The translations under genes and the position numbers were made by a program. DNA of 37,491 nt from Gemmatimonadota bacterium (GTDB lineage: Bacteria > Latescibacterota > UBA2968 > UBA8231). The stretch lies in assembly GCA_038128265.1 (NCBI GenBank), contig JAYPJE010000014.1:45458-82948 (forward strand), given 5' to 3'. This document shows, piece by piece, positions 35,540 through 37,491 of this stretch (positions within the stretch are counted from its first letter, which is position 1; the number at the start of each line of letters is the position of its first letter). The notes under the pieces were generated by a model. The model was given only the letters and a program-made list of their open reading frames with translations. It did not search any database and had not been told where the DNA came from.

Positions 35540-36253
35540 TCAGTAGGCGCCCAGTTTTTCCAGCACTAAAGCCAGGCCGACGATGCACGCCGTTTCGGTT
35601 TTGAGCACCCGCTGGCCCAGACCGGCGAGGGCAAAACCCGCAGCGCGCAGCGCATCGCGCTCGCGCGCCGACCAGCCGCGCTCAGATCCCACAGCCAGAA
35701 TGTAGCGCGACGCCGTGCCCGCATGGGCCCCGAGCGAAGTGTCCGCCTCGTAATTGTCGAGCGCCAGCCGCTCTGCCTCCGGCAAACAGCCAATACAGTC
35801 GGCGAGCGAATCGTGCAACACGACTTCGGGCAAATGCGTGCAAAAGGCCTGTTCTGCTCCTTCGCGCAGAAGGCGCTGGTATTCGCCCCCGCTCCACAGC
35901 CGGCTGTTCAAGTAGGATTTCTCCCCCTTATCGGTGGCGACAAAATGCATTCTTTCAACGCCCTGCGTGGTGAGGTCCTTTAAAATTCGGCGCGCACTGG
36001 GCGGGCGCGGCAGCCCAATAACCATTTCCACCGGATAGGGCTGCGGCACGTCGGGGCCAAAGTGAAAGTCGAGCGTAAGACCGCGCTTGCCAACGGCGAC
36101 GATGTGTGCTTTGCCGCGCGGTCCATCGACCAATCCCACATCAAAGCGATCGCCCTCTTTGCAGCCGATTACGCGCAGCACGTGCACGGCGCGCGCGTCG
36201 TCGAGGGGCAGGAGACGCGCTAGCTCGCGCTCCTCAAAGAGGACGATGTTCAA
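35540..36253 (-). CDS. rsmE: 16S rRNA m3U1498 methyltransferase RsmE (SPOUT)
   Basis: HVLRV, EGAEQA, AVGSERGWS..ER, LGQRVLKTETA; TTG 36253 after GAGG, overlapping the upstream TGA. Confidence 0.88.
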   Translation of the reverse strand: MNIVLFEERELARLLPLDDARAVHVLRVIGCKEGDRFDVGLVDGPRGKAHIVAVGKRGLTLDFHFGPDVPQPYPVEMVIGLPRPPSARRILKDLTTQGVERMHFVATDKGEKSYLNSRLWSGGEYQRLLREGAEQAFCTHLPEVVLHDSLADCIGCLPEAERLALDNYEADTSLGAHAGTASRYILAVGSERGWSARERDALRAAGFALAGLGQRVLKTETACIVGLALVLEKLGAY

Positions 36254-36468
36254 GGCACCTCGTCGCCGTCTATGATTTCTTCGCGCCGACACTCCAGGCC
36301 CGCGCACAGACGCACGACGATATCCTCCTCCACGTCGCACTCACCTTCGACGATAATTTGAGTCAGGCGATCATAGCTAATGCCGACGAGGTTGGCAATC
36401 TGGTGTTTAAAGAGAAAGTTATGGCGCCGCATTACCTGCTCTAACGCCTTCACATCTATCCGCGGCAT
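36250..36468 (-). CDS. Small XRE/Cro-like helix-turn-helix protein
   Basis: KHQIANLVGISYDRLTQII...VVRLCAGLECRREEII; ATG 36468 after GAGG. Confidence 0.65.
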   Translation of the reverse strand: MPRIDVKALEQVMRRHNFLFKHQIANLVGISYDRLTQIIVEGECDVEEDIVVRLCAGLECRREEIIDGDEVP

Positions 36469-36880
36469 ACAGTACACCTCATACCTTTTTTCAACAAGTT
36501 CGCAGCGACGGCACGTTGGCCCGCAACAGCGGGCCTAAACGAGGTCACCTACCCCCATATAAATGCTCCATAAACATTTAAAAAATTTGAATATACGTCA
36601 ATATCGACCAATCCTCTGTCCACCCCTGCGAAACGCCTCGGGCGCCCGGGGTGGGCATTTTCGCCAAATGGCCGATACATAGATAGGGCCCAAGCAATAG
36701 GCCGTTGACCTACGTGCAAACTACACAAAACTGCAAACGCGGCCGCTGGCACGCTGGACAGCGGCCACAGCCGCACTGCCACCTACTTTTTGCCGTTTCG
36801 ATGAACTATGTGGCAATTGAAACTTTTTTTATTTTATTTGGTGTATAAAGGGGCTCAAATCCTTTTTCTATGGACGTGAA

Positions 36881-37219
36881 GTGGACTCTTTACTCAGCAC
36901 AAATCTGATGCTCACGATTGTATGCCTCGGCGCGCTTGGCATATCCGTCCGCATCATGTCTAGCTTCTCGAGCGAAGCAGCCCGACTGCGTCCCAAGCTG
37001 GCCAAGATCAACGGCGCTCTGGCCGTGCTGCGCGAGCGATCTGCGGCGCGCAAACCCAATATAGTGGAGCTGCAGGAAGCGACCTCGCCGCTGCGCGACG
37101 AAGAGAAAATGTTGCGCGAATACTTTGAAAAGCTCACCCAGATCGATCTGGAAGAAATGCGCAAAGAGGACGAACAGCAGCGGGAAAAAGAAGGCAAGAG
37201 CATTCGTCACCGCGGTTGA
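36881..37219 (+). CDS. Hypothetical protein with N-terminal TM anchor and coiled coil
   Basis: Hydrophobic LMLTIVCLGALGISV followed by a charged helical region. Confidence 0.6.
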   Translation: MDSLLSTNLMLTIVCLGALGISVRIMSSFSSEAARLRPKLAKINGALAVLRERSAARKPNIVELQEATSPLRDEEKMLREYFEKLTQIDLEEMRKEDEQQREKEGKSIRHRG

Positions 37220-37291
37220 TCACGGGCCCGTCTAACCGTTTCTGCAGCACGCAATCCTACAGCCCTCGCGCGCCCAGCAATTCTACGCCCC

Positions 37292-37491
37292 ATGTTCAAA
37301 CTGGTTCAACCCATCATCGGCACGCGCGACATACAGCGCGCCATCGCCTTTTACACGTGCGACTTGGGCTTTGACCTCATCTTTTCCGACGACAGCGACA
37401 ACCCCAACTACGCCGGCTTTCGGCGCGATGCGGTCGAACTGCACATGCAGTTTCAGTATCCCCACGAAATGAGTCGGATTCGACTTCGATT
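37292..37491 (+). CDS. VOC/glyoxalase/bleomycin-resistance family protein, 3'-truncated by the window edge (missing from the ORF track)
   Basis: Manual translation MFKLVQPIIGTRDIQRAIAFYTCDLGFDLIF...YAGFRRDAVELHMQ. Confidence 0.8.
   Translation, partial: MFKLVQPIIGTRDIQRAIAFYTCDLGFDLIFSDDSDNPNYAGFRRDAVELHMQFQYPHEMSRIRLR

Noticed and set aside
36549..36782. 77-aa minus-strand ORF in the last large intergenic region
   Set aside because: No clear RBS, crosses AT-rich promoter-like DNA and has no recognisable motif; cannot be supported.
36700..36790. Possible c-di-GMP-I (GEMM) riboswitch suggested by GCAAAC...GCAAA words
   Set aside because: No GNRA-capped P2 stem or tetraloop receptor in the required arrangement.

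Overview
A GC-rich, gene-dense bacterial chromosomal window with about 37 CDSs and no rRNA, tRNA, CRISPR array or mobile element that I can see. Gene content (PorV/PorQ-like barrel, large secreted proteins ending in a 'YPNPF...WDGRD...SGVYFY' T9SS-type/FlgD-Ig domain, an 'SWGxIK' C-terminal motif) suggests a diderm FCB-superphylum organism, possibly Ca. Latescibacterota-like (inference). Order: truA (partial), htrA-like, pssA, DUF4321, tatA, gatA, porV-like; two divergent secreted repeat proteins (double FG-GAP/ASPIC and four-lamin-tail); sodN; SMP-30/gluconolactonase; DUF151-UVR; radC; lnt-tatC; a three-gene envelope cluster with two FlgT_C-like domains; an overlapping trio of aspartate dehydrogenase-family protein, PLP aminotransferase and stand-alone FliM middle domain; manC/manA; PilZ; MtnK-like kinase; sialidase plus enolase-superfamily dehydratase; an 877-aa unknown secreted protein; thiN; small hypotheticals; rsmE; XRE-like protein; partial VOC protein. 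Best leads: (1) the aspartate dehydrogenase-family protein resembles the animal ASPDH clade rather than NadX and is coupled to an aminotransferase; (2) a possible uncharacterised trans-envelope system built from FlgT_C-like domains; (3) an orphan FliM middle domain; (4) two kinds of C-terminal sorting signal near a PorV-like gene. All family calls come from motif recognition by eye; no searches were run.
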